Shown here piece after piece: positions 1 to 9,582 of a stretch of DNA of 64,000 bases. Under the pieces are notes generated by a model that was not told where the DNA came from, did not search any database, and was given only the letters and a program-made list of their open reading frames with translations. Source of the DNA: Burkholderiaceae bacterium. GTDB taxonomy: Bacteria > Pseudomonadota > Gammaproteobacteria > Burkholderiales > Burkholderiaceae_B. The position numbers and the translations under genes are program-made. The first letter of the stretch is position 1. Each line of letters starts with the position of its first letter. The stretch lies in assembly GCA_023653055.1 (NCBI GenBank), contig JAMNXR010000008.1, positions 4,733 through 68,732 on the forward strand, read 5' to 3'.

Positions 1-1024
1 GCGCGCCGCAGGGCTTGTCGAGTTCAATGCCAATCATTAGCCCTTGGCCTCGCACTTCACGCACGCCAGGCACGGCTTTAAGGGCCTCCTGAAGTGCAGA
101 CTTGAGGTGAGCGCCAACACGCGCAGCATGGTCAAGCAAGTTGTCATCTTCGAGCGTTTTGAGCGTGGCGTTGCCCGCAGCGCATACCAAAGGACCACCG
201 CCAAAGGTTGTGCCATGACTACCTGGTCCGAGTACGCCTGCAGCAGGGCCGCGCGCAGCGATTGCACCGATAGGTACACCACCGCCCAAGCCTTTAGCAA
301 GCACCACGACGTCCGGCAAAATATCAGCCCATTGGTGCGCCAGCCATTTACCGGTACGACCGATGCCTGATTGAACCTCGTCGATCATCATTAACCAACC
401 ACGCTCGTTACAAAGCTTGCGGAGGTCTTGCATGTAGGAGATGTCCGAGGGACGGATGCCGCCTTCACCTTGCAGCACTTCGAGTAAAACGGCAACAACG
501 CGTGGCTCTTTATCGCCGGCCGCTTTGATGGCGTTGAGATCGTTGTACGCAACCTTGATAAAGCCGCCGGGTAGGGGGCCAAAACCGGTGCGGGCTTTTT
601 CGCTGTCCGTTGCGGCTAATGTTCCCAGCGTACGGCCATGCCAGGAGGACTCCATCGTAATAATCGTGGGCAGGTCATTGCCTTTCTTGTATCCATAGTA
701 GCGGGCAAGTTTGATCGCGGCCTCGTTGGCCTCCGCGCCGCTATTACCAAAAAGCACTTCTGTCATGCCGGAAATATCAACGATTTTTTGGGCTAAGGCT
801 TCTTGCTCTGGAACCTGATACAAGTTGGAAGTATGAATGAGCCGGGCTGCTTGCTGGCTGATGACCTCAACTAGTTTTGGATGTCCATGGCCGAGGCAGG
901 AAACTCCGATGCCCGCCATTGCATCCAGATAACGTCGGCCGTTGGTGTCCCATAGCCAAACACCTTTACCGTTTGTAAAGGCAACGGGAAGTCGGGCGTA
1001 CGTATTTGAAATGGCAGAAGTCAT
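1..1024 (-). CDS. argD: Acetylornithine/succinyl-diaminopimelate-type class III PLP aminotransferase (ArgD-like), 3' end cut by the window edge
   Basis: The minus-strand frame is open from position 1 to the ATG at 1024..1022. My translation begins MTSAISNTYARLPVAFTNGKGVWLWDTNGRRYLDAMAGIGVSCLGHGHPKLV...GNSGAEANEAAIKLAR...DEVQSGIGRTGKW, a typical ArgD family pattern. It is absent from the ORF track because it is truncated. Confidence 0.85.
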   Translation of the reverse strand, partial: MTSAISNTYARLPVAFTNGKGVWLWDTNGRRYLDAMAGIGVSCLGHGHPKLVEVISQQAARLIHTSNLYQVPEQEALAQKIVDISGMTEVLFGNSGAEANEAAIKLARYYGYKKGNDLPTIITMESSWHGRTLGTLAATDSEKARTGFGPLPGGFIKVAYNDLNAIKAAGDKEPRVVAVLLEVLQGEGGIRPSDISYMQDLRKLCNERGWLMMIDEVQSGIGRTGKWLAHQWADILPDVVVLAKGLGGGVPIGAIAARGPAAGVLGPGSHGTTFGGGPLVCAAGNATLKTLEDDNLLDHAARVGAHLKSALQEALKAVPGVREVRGQGLMIGIELDKPCGA

Positions 1025-1163
1025 CGCAGGGGCTCCGTAAAATTAAAATACCTATCAGGCAAGATCGCCTGAATAGGTTTAAAACATCAATCATATACAA
1101 TCTTACTGACAGGTTCATGAATCAAAAACTTTTGAGCCTGATAATTGGCGTGACAGGTTATGC

Positions 1164-1478
1164 ATGACACCAGAAGTTCGCTATTTCATCATCTATGGGC
1201 TCACCCAGTCTGGCGCTACTTTTAGGCCGAGTGACTGGGCGGAACGCCTCGCGGGGGTGCTAGCTCCGTATCGGCCTGCCGGCACGCTTGGCGGGCATCT
1301 TTCATATTCCCCATATTCGGTACCGACCGTCATAGATGGTGTGCGCTGCGTCGTGGTGGATGAACGTCTCAGGGCTCTTGAGCCCTTGGCCTGGAAATTC
1401 GTTCACGACTTTGCCCGAGACAATCAACTTCAAACAAAGACCGACTTGACCGTCGATCCCCTGGAGCGTGAAAAGTAG
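1164..1478 (+). CDS. Small conserved hypothetical protein (resembles the DUF3579 family seen next to argD in Betaproteobacteria)
   Basis: A 104-aa ORF divergent from argD fills the gap to the next gene. The family assignment is from memory of sequences like YFIIYG...FRPSDWAERL and is not verified. Confidence 0.55.
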   Translation: MTPEVRYFIIYGLTQSGATFRPSDWAERLAGVLAPYRPAGTLGGHLSYSPYSVPTVIDGVRCVVVDERLRALEPLAWKFVHDFARDNQLQTKTDLTVDPLEREK

Positions 1479-1489
1479 CAGGGATCGAA

Positions 1490-2443
1490 TCAGTCGATCG
1501 GCGTCAGAACCTTGCCCTTCGCGAAAAATGACTCCAGATTTTCAAGCAGGCAATCTGTCATCGCACGACGTGTTTCATGTGTCGCGCTCGCAATGTGAGG
1601 CATCAACACAACATTGTTCATTGTTTTCAAGGCGTCTGGCACTTTTGGCTCTTTGTCGAATACATCGAGTCCCGCGCCGCCCAAGGCACCCTCAGCGAGT
1701 ACCTGCACCATGGCAGGTTCATCAATCACTGAACCACGTGCAATGTTGACCAAAATACCTTTGGGGCCCAATGCGCGCAGCACAGGTTCGTTAATCAGAC
1801 CTTTCGTGCTTGCGCCCCCAACCGTTGCAATGACTAAAAAGTCACTCCATTTGGCGAGCTCGACGAGTGACTCAAAATAGCGATGTGGGACATCGGAACG
1901 CACACGCCGGTTGTGATAACCCACCTCCATGTCGAATCCTATGCCGCGGCGCGCAATCGCCTCGCCAATGCGTCCAAGACCCACGATCCCGAGTTTTTTG
2001 CCGCTGACGCGTGTACCTAAGGTCAAGTTCCCCACTTTATTTTCCCAGTGGTTGGCACGAACAAAACGGTCTCCCCAGCCAATATTGCGCGCACTGGCGA
2101 TCAGCAGACCCCAAGCAAGATCCGCGACGCAATCGTTGAGGACGTCAGGTGTGTTACTGATCAGAACATTTCGGCTCTGAGCGGCTTCGACATCAATTGA
2201 GTCGTAGCCTACGCCCCAACTACAAATCGCCTTGAGTTTTGGAAGGGAGTTGATCACTTCGGCCTTGCAACCGATGTTGGCCGAGGTTGCGATCACTTCA
2301 ACGCTGTCAGCGTGCTCGTGCAAAAATGCTTGAGGATCTGATGCCTTCCAATATTGCAACACGTCATAACGTGCGGCAAGTTCTGCATCAGCGGGAGGGT
2401 GACCAGTAAGAGATCCGATTTGCAGAATGCGGGGCTTCGTCAT
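1490..2443 (-). CDS. D-isomer-specific 2-hydroxyacid dehydrogenase (glyoxylate/hydroxypyruvate reductase-like)
   Basis: 317-aa ORF with the NAD-binding motif GIVGLGRIG and the C-terminal catalytic region ...NIARGSVIDE...MPHIASAT. Confidence 0.85.
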   Translation of the reverse strand: MTKPRILQIGSLTGHPPADAELAARYDVLQYWKASDPQAFLHEHADSVEVIATSANIGCKAEVINSLPKLKAICSWGVGYDSIDVEAAQSRNVLISNTPDVLNDCVADLAWGLLIASARNIGWGDRFVRANHWENKVGNLTLGTRVSGKKLGIVGLGRIGEAIARRGIGFDMEVGYHNRRVRSDVPHRYFESLVELAKWSDFLVIATVGGASTKGLINEPVLRALGPKGILVNIARGSVIDEPAMVQVLAEGALGGAGLDVFDKEPKVPDALKTMNNVVLMPHIASATHETRRAMTDCLLENLESFFAKGKVLTPID

Positions 2444-2540
2444 GATGAGTTCATCCGTTTAGGAATGGGTCTTAAGATATATTTTAAGGTGATTAAATAA
2501 ATATATCCGGTTTAAATAAATATTTTTGCTTTGGTTGCAA

Positions 2541-2566
2541 AATGCAAAACAGCCCCAAAAGGGCTG
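2541..2566 (-). terminator. Rho-independent terminator downstream of rpsT
   Basis: The minus strand reads CAGCCC-TTTTG-GGGCTG followed by TTTTGCATTTTG. The stem lies at 2550-2555 / 2561-2566. Confidence 0.7.
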
Positions 2567-2664
2567 TAATGTTTGAGTACTCAATCAGGCGCACTTAAAT
2601 GAAATCAAATATGCGTGCTGTAAAGAAGTACCCTAGAAATCACTAATACGACTTGAAACAAAGC

Positions 2665-2928
2665 TTAAGCTAGTGCCTTAACTGCAGCAGAAAGACGGCT
2701 CTTGTGACGAGCAGCTTTGTTTTTGTGAATAATGTTTTTGTCAGCAATGCGATCAATCACGCTAGTTGCTTTTTGAAGAACTTCAGTCGCAGCGGCCTTG
2801 TCACCGGCATCAATCGCTGTACGCACGCGCTTGATCGCTGTACGGAACATTGAGCGCAGGCTAGAGTTGTGCAGGTTTGTAGAAACTGATTGACGTGCAC
2901 GTTTGCGGGCTTGGGCTGTATTTGCCAT
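2665..2928 (-). CDS. rpsT: 30S ribosomal protein S20
   Basis: 87-aa [18 protein letters not shown]...[13 protein letters not shown], the canonical S20 sequence. Confidence 0.95.
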   Translation of the reverse strand: MANTAQARKRARQSVSTNLHNSSLRSMFRTAIKRVRTAIDAGDKAAATEVLQKATSVIDRIADKNIIHKNKAARHKSRLSAAVKALA

Positions 2929-3016
2929 GAATAATCTGTCTTATCTTTAAAAAAAGCGGGCTTGAACAAGCTGTCAATCAGCTCTCATACACGCAATTGG
3001 TTGAGTTCAGCCTGCT

Positions 3017-3044
3017 ATTCTAGCACTAAGCCCCTGAAATGCAA
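3017..3044 (-). promoter_or_regulatory. Candidate sigma70 promoter for rpsT
   Basis: The minus strand reads TTGCAT (3044..3039), a 16-nt spacer, then TAGAAT (3022..3017). It sits about 90 nt upstream of the rpsT ATG and immediately after the murJ stop. Confidence 0.4.
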
Positions 3045-3047
3045 ACT

Positions 3048-4634
3048 CTATTTGCTCAAATGTGCTGTTTGTGTTGCAACGGGAGCGCGTCTGAAGTGTT
3101 TAACCCGCATGCCTAGCACCCAGAGCGTCATGAGATAGGTCAAACCAGCGACAGAAAGCACGCCCAATAGCCAAACAATACGAAGCAAGGGCGTAGATTG
3201 AAGACCCATCCAGTCAAGTTGGCTGGAGGCGAACCAGAGTGGAATAGCCATGGTTAGCAGTCCGCATACTTGTCTGAGGAAAAACGCAAACCAACCCACT
3301 CCTGGTTGATAAATCCCTTTTCGTCGTAATCCGACGTAAAGAGCCATTGCGTTTAAGCAAGCACCAAGTCCGATTGCCAGCGCAAGGCCGGCATGCGCCA
3401 AGGCGGGTACAAGGACCACGTTCAAGAGCTGGGTCAGAATCAGTATGACAATGGCAATTTTGACAGGCGTTCGAATATCTTGTTTGGCATAAAACCCTGG
3501 CGCCAGTATTTTGATCGTCAATAGACCCACCAAACCGACCGAATAAGCCATGACGGCTAAGCGTGTTTGTGAGACATCCGCAGCACTGAATGCGCCATAG
3601 TGAAAAAGTGTCGCGACGAGAGCGTCGGCCATGAGTACCATGCATAGGGCTGCAGGCAGTCCTAAAAGCAGCATGAGCTTGAGCCCCCAATCAAGTAGGT
3701 GGCTGTATTGTTGATGATTGTCGGGTTGCGCGTGGGCTTTAGAAAGACTCGGTAATAAAACTGTCCCAAGCGCCACACCAATCATCGCCGTAGGAAACTC
3801 CATGAGTCGGTCCGCAAAGGACAGCCACGTCACGCTTCCTGGAGTCAGCCACGTCGCAATGTTGGTGTTGATGAGTAAGGATATTTGTGCGACGGAGACG
3901 CCAAGGGTGGCAGGCAGCATCTGCTTCATGATGCGCCGGACCAGAGGGTCTTTTAGTGCGGGCTGGATGGGACCTACCAATCTCGGTCTTAAGCCTAGGC
4001 GCGAAAGTGCCCACCATTGCACAGCTAACTGGCAGAGCCCCCCGAGCATGACGCCCGCGGCGAGTGCATAAATAGGTTTTGCAAACCAATCTGAAATGAG
4101 CAAACTACAGCCAATCATGGACAGATTGAGCAAAACCGGGGTAAAGGCAGGCACCGCAAAGCGTCGCCATGTGTTGAGTACGCCCGAAGCAAATGCCACC
4201 AACGACATACAGATAATGTAGGGAAACATGACCCGCGTCATCCAGACGGCGGACTCAAAATCAGCGGCACGGTGAGGCTCTGTCAGGCCACTTGCCATCG
4301 CCATCACGACCCACGGTGCACCAATGATCCCTAAAACTGTGGTCAGTGAAAGCACTAAAAATAAAGTGATCGCAACGCGGTCAAGAAGGGTTTTAACGGC
4401 CTCGGATTCGTGCTGATGTCGGACTTCACCCAAAATTGGCACAAAAGCCTGAGCAAAGGCACCCTCAGCAAAGAGACGACGCAAAAGATTGGGAATTCTA
4501 AATGCGACCCAAAAAGCGTCCGTCAGTGCACCGGCACCGAACGCTCGGGCAATCAGGATGTCGCGTGCCAGACCCGTGATGCGTGACAGCAGCGTCAGGC
4601 TGCTGACTGTCGCGGCAGCACGCAACATACTCAT
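3048..4634 (-). CDS. murJ: Lipid II flippase MurJ (MviN)
   Basis: Polytopic membrane ORF. The conserved N-terminus MSMLRAAATVSSLTLLSRITGLARDILIARAFGAG starts at the ATG at 4634. The ORF-track start at 4844 would run 210 nt into the upstream SDR gene. Confidence 0.9.
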   Translation of the reverse strand: MSMLRAAATVSSLTLLSRITGLARDILIARAFGAGALTDAFWVAFRIPNLLRRLFAEGAFAQAFVPILGEVRHQHESEAVKTLLDRVAITLFLVLSLTTVLGIIGAPWVVMAMASGLTEPHRAADFESAVWMTRVMFPYIICMSLVAFASGVLNTWRRFAVPAFTPVLLNLSMIGCSLLISDWFAKPIYALAAGVMLGGLCQLAVQWWALSRLGLRPRLVGPIQPALKDPLVRRIMKQMLPATLGVSVAQISLLINTNIATWLTPGSVTWLSFADRLMEFPTAMIGVALGTVLLPSLSKAHAQPDNHQQYSHLLDWGLKLMLLLGLPAALCMVLMADALVATLFHYGAFSAADVSQTRLAVMAYSVGLVGLLTIKILAPGFYAKQDIRTPVKIAIVILILTQLLNVVLVPALAHAGLALAIGLGACLNAMALYVGLRRKGIYQPGVGWFAFFLRQVCGLLTMAIPLWFASSQLDWMGLQSTPLLRIVWLLGVLSVAGLTYLMTLWVLGMRVKHFRRAPVATQTAHLSK

Positions 4635-5389
4635 CTTGGAGGCATGCGAATCGCGCCATCCAAACGAATGGTTTCGCCATTCAGCATTTCGTTCGTCACG
4701 ATCTGGTGAACGAGTTTGGCATAGTCTTCGGGACGACCAAAACGTGAGGGGAAGGGAATGCTTGCAGCTAAGGAATCTTGCACAGCTTGAGGCATACCAA
4801 ACATCATGGGCGTACCAAAAATTCCAGGTGCAATAGTGACGCAACGAATCCCCAGCGGCGCTAAGTCACGTGCGATAGGCAACGTCATGCCCACGACGCC
4901 AGCCTTTGAGGCTGCATAGGCGGCCTGACCCACCTGACCGTCATACGCTGCGACGGATGCTGTATTGATCAACACACCGCGCTCGCCAGAGGGCTCCGCT
5001 TCATTCTTGCTCATCGCCTCAGAGGCAATGCGCATCATGTTAAAGCTTCCGATCAGGTTGATCGAGATGACCTTTTGGAACATGTCGAGAGGATGTGCAC
5101 CGTTTTTACCGACAATTTTGGCTGCAGGTGCAATGCCGGCACAGTTCACCAAGCCAAACAGTGGTCCAAGAGCCAACGCTGCCGATACGGCGGCGCGTGC
5201 ATCTTGTTCCTGAGTGACATCGCAATGGACATAATGCTGTCCAAGTTCTTTGGCGATTGTCTGACCTGCCTCGTCTTGCACGTCAGCAAGGACGACATGT
5301 GCACCGTGGTCGGAGAGCATTTTTGCTGTGCCAGCGCCTAAACCAGAAGCGCCACCGGTCACGATAAAGACTTTATTTTTAATTTCCAT
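4631..5389 (-). CDS. Short-chain dehydrogenase/reductase, 3-hydroxyacyl-CoA dehydrogenase type II (HSD10-like)
   Basis: 252 aa with TGGASGLG cofactor motif, YAASKAGV catalytic YxxxK, and a C-terminal LNGETIRLDGAIRM typical of this subfamily. Its TGA overlaps the murJ ATG (ATGA). Confidence 0.8.
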   Translation of the reverse strand: MEIKNKVFIVTGGASGLGAGTAKMLSDHGAHVVLADVQDEAGQTIAKELGQHYVHCDVTQEQDARAAVSAALALGPLFGLVNCAGIAPAAKIVGKNGAHPLDMFQKVISINLIGSFNMMRIASEAMSKNEAEPSGERGVLINTASVAAYDGQVGQAAYAASKAGVVGMTLPIARDLAPLGIRCVTIAPGIFGTPMMFGMPQAVQDSLAASIPFPSRFGRPEDYAKLVHQIVTNEMLNGETIRLDGAIRMPPR

Positions 5390-5406
5390 GAGACTTTTCT
5401 GAGTGT

Positions 5407-6093
<687 letters not shown>

Positions 6094-6147
6094 TTATGCC
6101 GCATCGCAACAGTTGAAGTGGCCTGTGTACTGTGGTGCTTACCCTGA

Positions 6148-6918
6148 CTAAGCGTTTTTTGTAGTCAAGACTTGGCGGACACGGTCTAAATCAGCTTCCG
6201 TGTCGACCCCAGCGCCAGGGTGGGTATCCGTAAAATGCACCGCAATACTGTAGCCATGTTCTAGCGCGCGCAACTGTTCGAGTGATTCGAGACCCTCTAA
6301 AACGCCGCGGGATAGGTGCGGGAAAGATTTCAGAAAGTGGACACGATACGCGTATAACCCGATGTGATGCAGTGCTGGCGTGTTTGCGCTCAGCACTTGA
6401 GACTCGGTCGCTAAGGCATCTCTATCCCAAGGAATAGGTGCGCGAGAAAAGTAGAGCGCTTTGCCAGCTTTGTCGCACACGACTTTGACGATGTTTGCAT
6501 TAAAAAAATGCGCTGCGTCTACGATGGGCGCAGCACACGTGGCGATCGCCGCGGTGGGTTGGCTGGTCAGTAAGGCTGCAACTTGATTGATTAAAGTGGG
6601 GGCGATGAGTGGTTCGTCGCCTTGGACGTTCACCACAATCGCATCTTGGGCTAGGCCCAAAAGCGCAACAGTTTCGGCAAGCCTGTCTGTGCCGGAGAGG
6701 TGATCACTTTGCGTCATGACCGCCCGAAACCCAAAGGATTGCACCACCCGGGCTATCTGCACATCATCGGTAGCGATCAAGACCTCGGAGGCATCTGAAG
6801 CCGCTGCACGCTGAGCAACCCTCACAACCATAGGGGTGCCTGCAAGGTCTGCCAGCATTTTGCCGGGCAGTCTGGTTGAGGCTTTACGAGCGGGAATGAT
6901 GACGACAAACGGCTGCAT
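6148..6918 (-). CDS. kdsB: 3-deoxy-manno-octulosonate cytidylyltransferase (CMP-KDO synthetase)
   Basis: 256 aa, VVIIPARKASTRLPGK...NVQGDEP motifs. Confidence 0.9.
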   Translation of the reverse strand: MQPFVVIIPARKASTRLPGKMLADLAGTPMVVRVAQRAAASDASEVLIATDDVQIARVVQSFGFRAVMTQSDHLSGTDRLAETVALLGLAQDAIVVNVQGDEPLIAPTLINQVAALLTSQPTAAIATCAAPIVDAAHFFNANIVKVVCDKAGKALYFSRAPIPWDRDALATESQVLSANTPALHHIGLYAYRVHFLKSFPHLSRGVLEGLESLEQLRALEHGYSIAVHFTDTHPGAGVDTEADLDRVRQVLTTKNA

Positions 6919-6936
6919 GCGCGTATCCGAAAATCT

Positions 6937-7128
6937 CTAGGCGTTGTCCGAGGACTCTTCAGTCTCTGCTAATACGCGAGCCTCGGCTTCGAGCATGACT
7001 GGGATGCCATCGCGGACAGGAAAAGCGAGACGATCTCCGCGGCACACGAGCTCCGTGCGCGCAGCATTTAAATGCAGGGGACCCTTACAGAGAGGGCAGA
7101 CAAGAAGGTCAATGAGTCGTGTTTGCAT
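6937..7128 (-). CDS. ycaR: Trm112/YcaR family small zinc-ribbon-like protein
   Basis: 63 aa, [11 protein letters not shown]...[12 protein letters not shown]. It keeps its conserved position between lpxK and kdsB. Confidence 0.8.
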   Translation of the reverse strand: MQTRLIDLLVCPLCKGPLHLNAARTELVCRGDRLAFPVRDGIPVMLEAEARVLAETEESSDNA

Positions 7129-7140
7129 ACGCCATTGTAA

Positions 7141-8241
7141 TCAATCGCGACACAGCCGCGAAGCTTTTATTCGCAACTGATGGTCTAGCCAAGGTAGAAA
7201 TTCTGGATCAGAAAATCGCATGTCGACTTCTGCAACCCAAAGACGGTCATCAGTCACGTCTTGGCATTTGATGGCATCTTTCCCCGTTAAAACGATGACA
7301 TCTGCATCGAGCGAAGCAAACGGAGATTGCTCAAAGGAAAAATGATCTGGAAGCGCCAAGACCTGTTTGGGGGAAATACCTATAGTTCTCAAGCTTGAGA
7401 AAAACTTTTCAGGGGTGGCAATGCCTGCAACGGCCGTCACAGCGAGGCTTGTCACAGAGGATGAAAATGTCGCAGGGTCTTGCATCCTGCCGCTACTCAG
7501 GTGTCGAAACTGACAAATTTGAAGAAAGATGGACGTTTTGCGCAAGTTTGAATTGTGATGGTGCGTCACGGCAAGTAAGGTGGACTGTTTTTTTTCCTGG
7601 AGTGGCGCATCATCGGTTCTGGTCAGCAAGGCATCCGCGTCACGCAAGCGACTGACAGGTTCTCTGAGTGGGCCTGCAGGCAACAGCCATCCATTGCCCG
7701 TTCCCCTGACGTCCTGCACCACGAGCTCTATGTCGCGAGGCAGTCTGAGGTGCTGCAGTCCATCATCTGAGATGACAAGATTAATCTGCGGAAATTGTGT
7801 AAGTAGGTCAAGACACGCTTGATGTCGATTGGGATGAACAGCAATGGGAGCACCTGTTTCATGCGTAATGAGCGAAGGTTCATCCCCAAACATCTTGGCA
7901 TCGACCATGCCCTGACCAACCAAGGGGTGATCGCCGATGTGAGTGCCATAACCCCTGCTAATCACACCCGGTTGCCAGCCAAAGGCTCTGAGTTGCTTGA
8001 CCAAGGCGATCACAACAGGCGTCTTGCCGGTTCCTCCAATATAGATATTGCCCACCACAAGGATTGGTATTTTAATTTGTCGATGTGACGGATGAACGTA
8101 TTGAAAGCGTAAAGCGCGCAGTTTTAAAATCAAACCAAACAACAAGGCAAATGGGGCCATTGTCCATGCCCACACGCCGCGATGTTGCCATTGACGTTGC
8201 AGCCACCGCTCGAATTGGGTACGCAGCGTGATTAGGTTCAC
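7141..8241 (-). CDS. lpxK: Tetraacyldisaccharide 4'-kinase
   Basis: 366 aa with P-loop VGNIYIGGTGKTP. The GTG start overlaps the exbD stop (GTGA). Confidence 0.85.
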   Translation of the reverse strand: MNLITLRTQFERWLQRQWQHRGVWAWTMAPFALLFGLILKLRALRFQYVHPSHRQIKIPILVVGNIYIGGTGKTPVVIALVKQLRAFGWQPGVISRGYGTHIGDHPLVGQGMVDAKMFGDEPSLITHETGAPIAVHPNRHQACLDLLTQFPQINLVISDDGLQHLRLPRDIELVVQDVRGTGNGWLLPAGPLREPVSRLRDADALLTRTDDAPLQEKKQSTLLAVTHHHNSNLRKTSIFLQICQFRHLSSGRMQDPATFSSSVTSLAVTAVAGIATPEKFFSSLRTIGISPKQVLALPDHFSFEQSPFASLDADVIVLTGKDAIKCQDVTDDRLWVAEVDMRFSDPEFLPWLDHQLRIKASRLCRD

Positions 8242-8642
8242 TGCGCAGCCTGCGTGGCGAAGTGGACTTTACCTACGCCTGCTTCGCGGGCCGCTTGCAT
8301 TGCATGTACGACAGCTTGATGTGGCGTCATAGCGTCTGCTCGAATCAACAGTACCGTGTCTGCTTGACCTTTAAATTGTTGCTTTAGCGTTGTGACGAGG
8401 TCGACGGAGGCAATCACCACACTTGCCATCGCAAAGCGGCCGTCTTGAGCGATTGAAAGCTCGATCGTGGGGACTGTCAGTTGTTCCGCGTTGGCTTGAG
8501 GCAATGAAATTTTGAGTTGTCGTTCACGTGTAAAAGTCGTGGTCGCCGCTAAAAAAATTAACATCACCAGTAACACATCAATCAAAGGAATCAGGTTGAT
8601 ATCTGGTGCGTCTTGATCAGAAGCGCTGGAACGAAATCTCAT
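8238..8642 (-). CDS. exbD: ExbD/TolR family biopolymer transport protein
   Basis: 134 aa, INLIPLIDVLLVMLIFL single TM segment followed by a periplasmic domain. Confidence 0.85.
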   Translation of the reverse strand: MRFRSSASDQDAPDINLIPLIDVLLVMLIFLAATTTFTRERQLKISLPQANAEQLTVPTIELSIAQDGRFAMASVVIASVDLVTTLKQQFKGQADTVLLIRADAMTPHQAVVHAMQAAREAGVGKVHFATQAAQ

Positions 8643-8654
8643 GGCATGCCGCGC

Positions 8655-9245
8655 TTAAATATTTTTTGCAACGTAGCGTGTCTCTTGTTCCATCTTGAGT
8701 AATAGCGCCTCAACACGGGACTTAAACAAGCGATGCGCCATGACGGCAGGGATGGCAATTAAAATACCAAAGCCGGTGTTGTAGAGGGCAATTGAGATTC
8801 CACGGGCAAGTTCGGATGGGTCGGAGCCGTCAGGACGGTAGGCGCCAAAAATTTCAATCATCCCCACGACGGTGCCAAATAGTCCCATTAGGGGAGCAAG
8901 ACTTGCAATGGTTGCTAGCGCGGGCAAATATCGTTGCATCAAATAAGCAACATCCCGCCCCACATCCTCGATCGCCAGTCGTCGTTCAGCTGGAGGCAAG
9001 TGGCGGCTGGCGAGACACTCTGCAAGTATTTGCCCAAGAGGGGAGGAGGCGCGCAACTTGTCTATCGCTTCGGATGTGTCTGCCTGCGCGCGAACCATTT
9101 GTATGACTTGAGCGGGGAGGTCTGGCGGAGCAATGCGGGCTGCGGTCAAACTAAGTGATCGCTCGATCACAATGGCGAGACCGACGATAGATAGCGCGAT
9201 CAAGAACCATATGGGCCAGCCTGCCTGGATGACGATCGATTGCAA
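8655..9245 (-). CDS. exbB: MotA/TolQ/ExbB proton-channel family protein
   Basis: 196 aa with a TTG start. Conserved ...APLMGLFGTVVGMI...ALYNTGFGILIA region. Confidence 0.85.
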   Translation of the reverse strand: MQSIVIQAGWPIWFLIALSIVGLAIVIERSLSLTAARIAPPDLPAQVIQMVRAQADTSEAIDKLRASSPLGQILAECLASRHLPPAERRLAIEDVGRDVAYLMQRYLPALATIASLAPLMGLFGTVVGMIEIFGAYRPDGSDPSELARGISIALYNTGFGILIAIPAVMAHRLFKSRVEALLLKMEQETRYVAKNI

Positions 9246-9342
9246 AAAGAAGCCTCTTAACTTTAGTATTTACGTGCACATCACAATGTTTGCATGGTAA
9301 GGGGGTAAGCTTACCTTTGGCAAGCCAAGCGCTGTTTAAAAT

Positions 9343-9365
9343 CTATCCACAGAACTTGTGGATAA
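9343..9365. promoter_or_regulatory. Inverted pair of DnaA-box-like 9-mers (alternatively a palindromic operator for some other regulator)
   Basis: CTATCCACA (9343-9351, 8/9 to TTATCCACA), then gaact, then TGTGGATAA (9357-9365, exact reverse complement of TTATCCACA). Confidence 0.4.
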
Positions 9366-9437
9366 TTCTGTGCGCATCTTCTGAAATGAAGGAAAATGGG
9401 TGCTTTGAGGCAAGTGCTTAAATTTTGAGCAGTTAAT

Positions 9438-9469
9438 ACTGATTTAAAAATTTATTACTTTAAATCAGT
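9438..9469. repeat. Perfect 11-bp inverted repeat in an AT-rich spacer
   Basis: ACTGATTTAAA (9438-9448) and TTTAAATCAGT (9459-9469), separated by 10 nt. Confidence 0.6.
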
Positions 9470-9519
9470 GGTTTGTATTTTATATTTAACCAAACTTAAC
9501 AACTGAAACAATATATCTA

Positions 9520-9563
9520 TTAACCACAACGACTTATTTCATATTTATTACGTTTGTGGACAA
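9520..9563. promoter_or_regulatory. Two further degenerate DnaA-box-like 9-mers near the xseA start
   Basis: TTAACCACA (9520-9528) and TGTGGACAA (9555-9563, reverse complement TTGTCCACA). Each is one mismatch from TTATCCACA. Confidence 0.3.
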
Positions 9564-9582
9564 TCTTTGGTGTAAACCCCTT

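Noticed and set aside
4635-4844. N-terminal 70-aa extension of murJ in the ORF track (start 4844)
   Set aside because: The extension overlaps the 3' end of the well-supported SDR gene in another frame. It has an implausible composition (rich in Trp, Cys and Arg), and the conserved MurJ N-terminus begins at the Met at 4634.
9361-9379. Fur box upstream of exbB (GATAATTCTGTGCGCATCT)
   Set aside because: Only the outer few positions match GATAATGATAATCATTATC, and the central part does not.
9246-9582. Chromosomal replication origin (oriC)
   Set aside because: There are only one perfect and three imperfect DnaA boxes. No dnaA, dnaN, gidA or parAB neighbours are present, gene orientation does not switch consistently around the site, and I see no clear tandem AT-rich 13-mer array. 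It is kept only as a candidate DnaA-responsive or other operator region.
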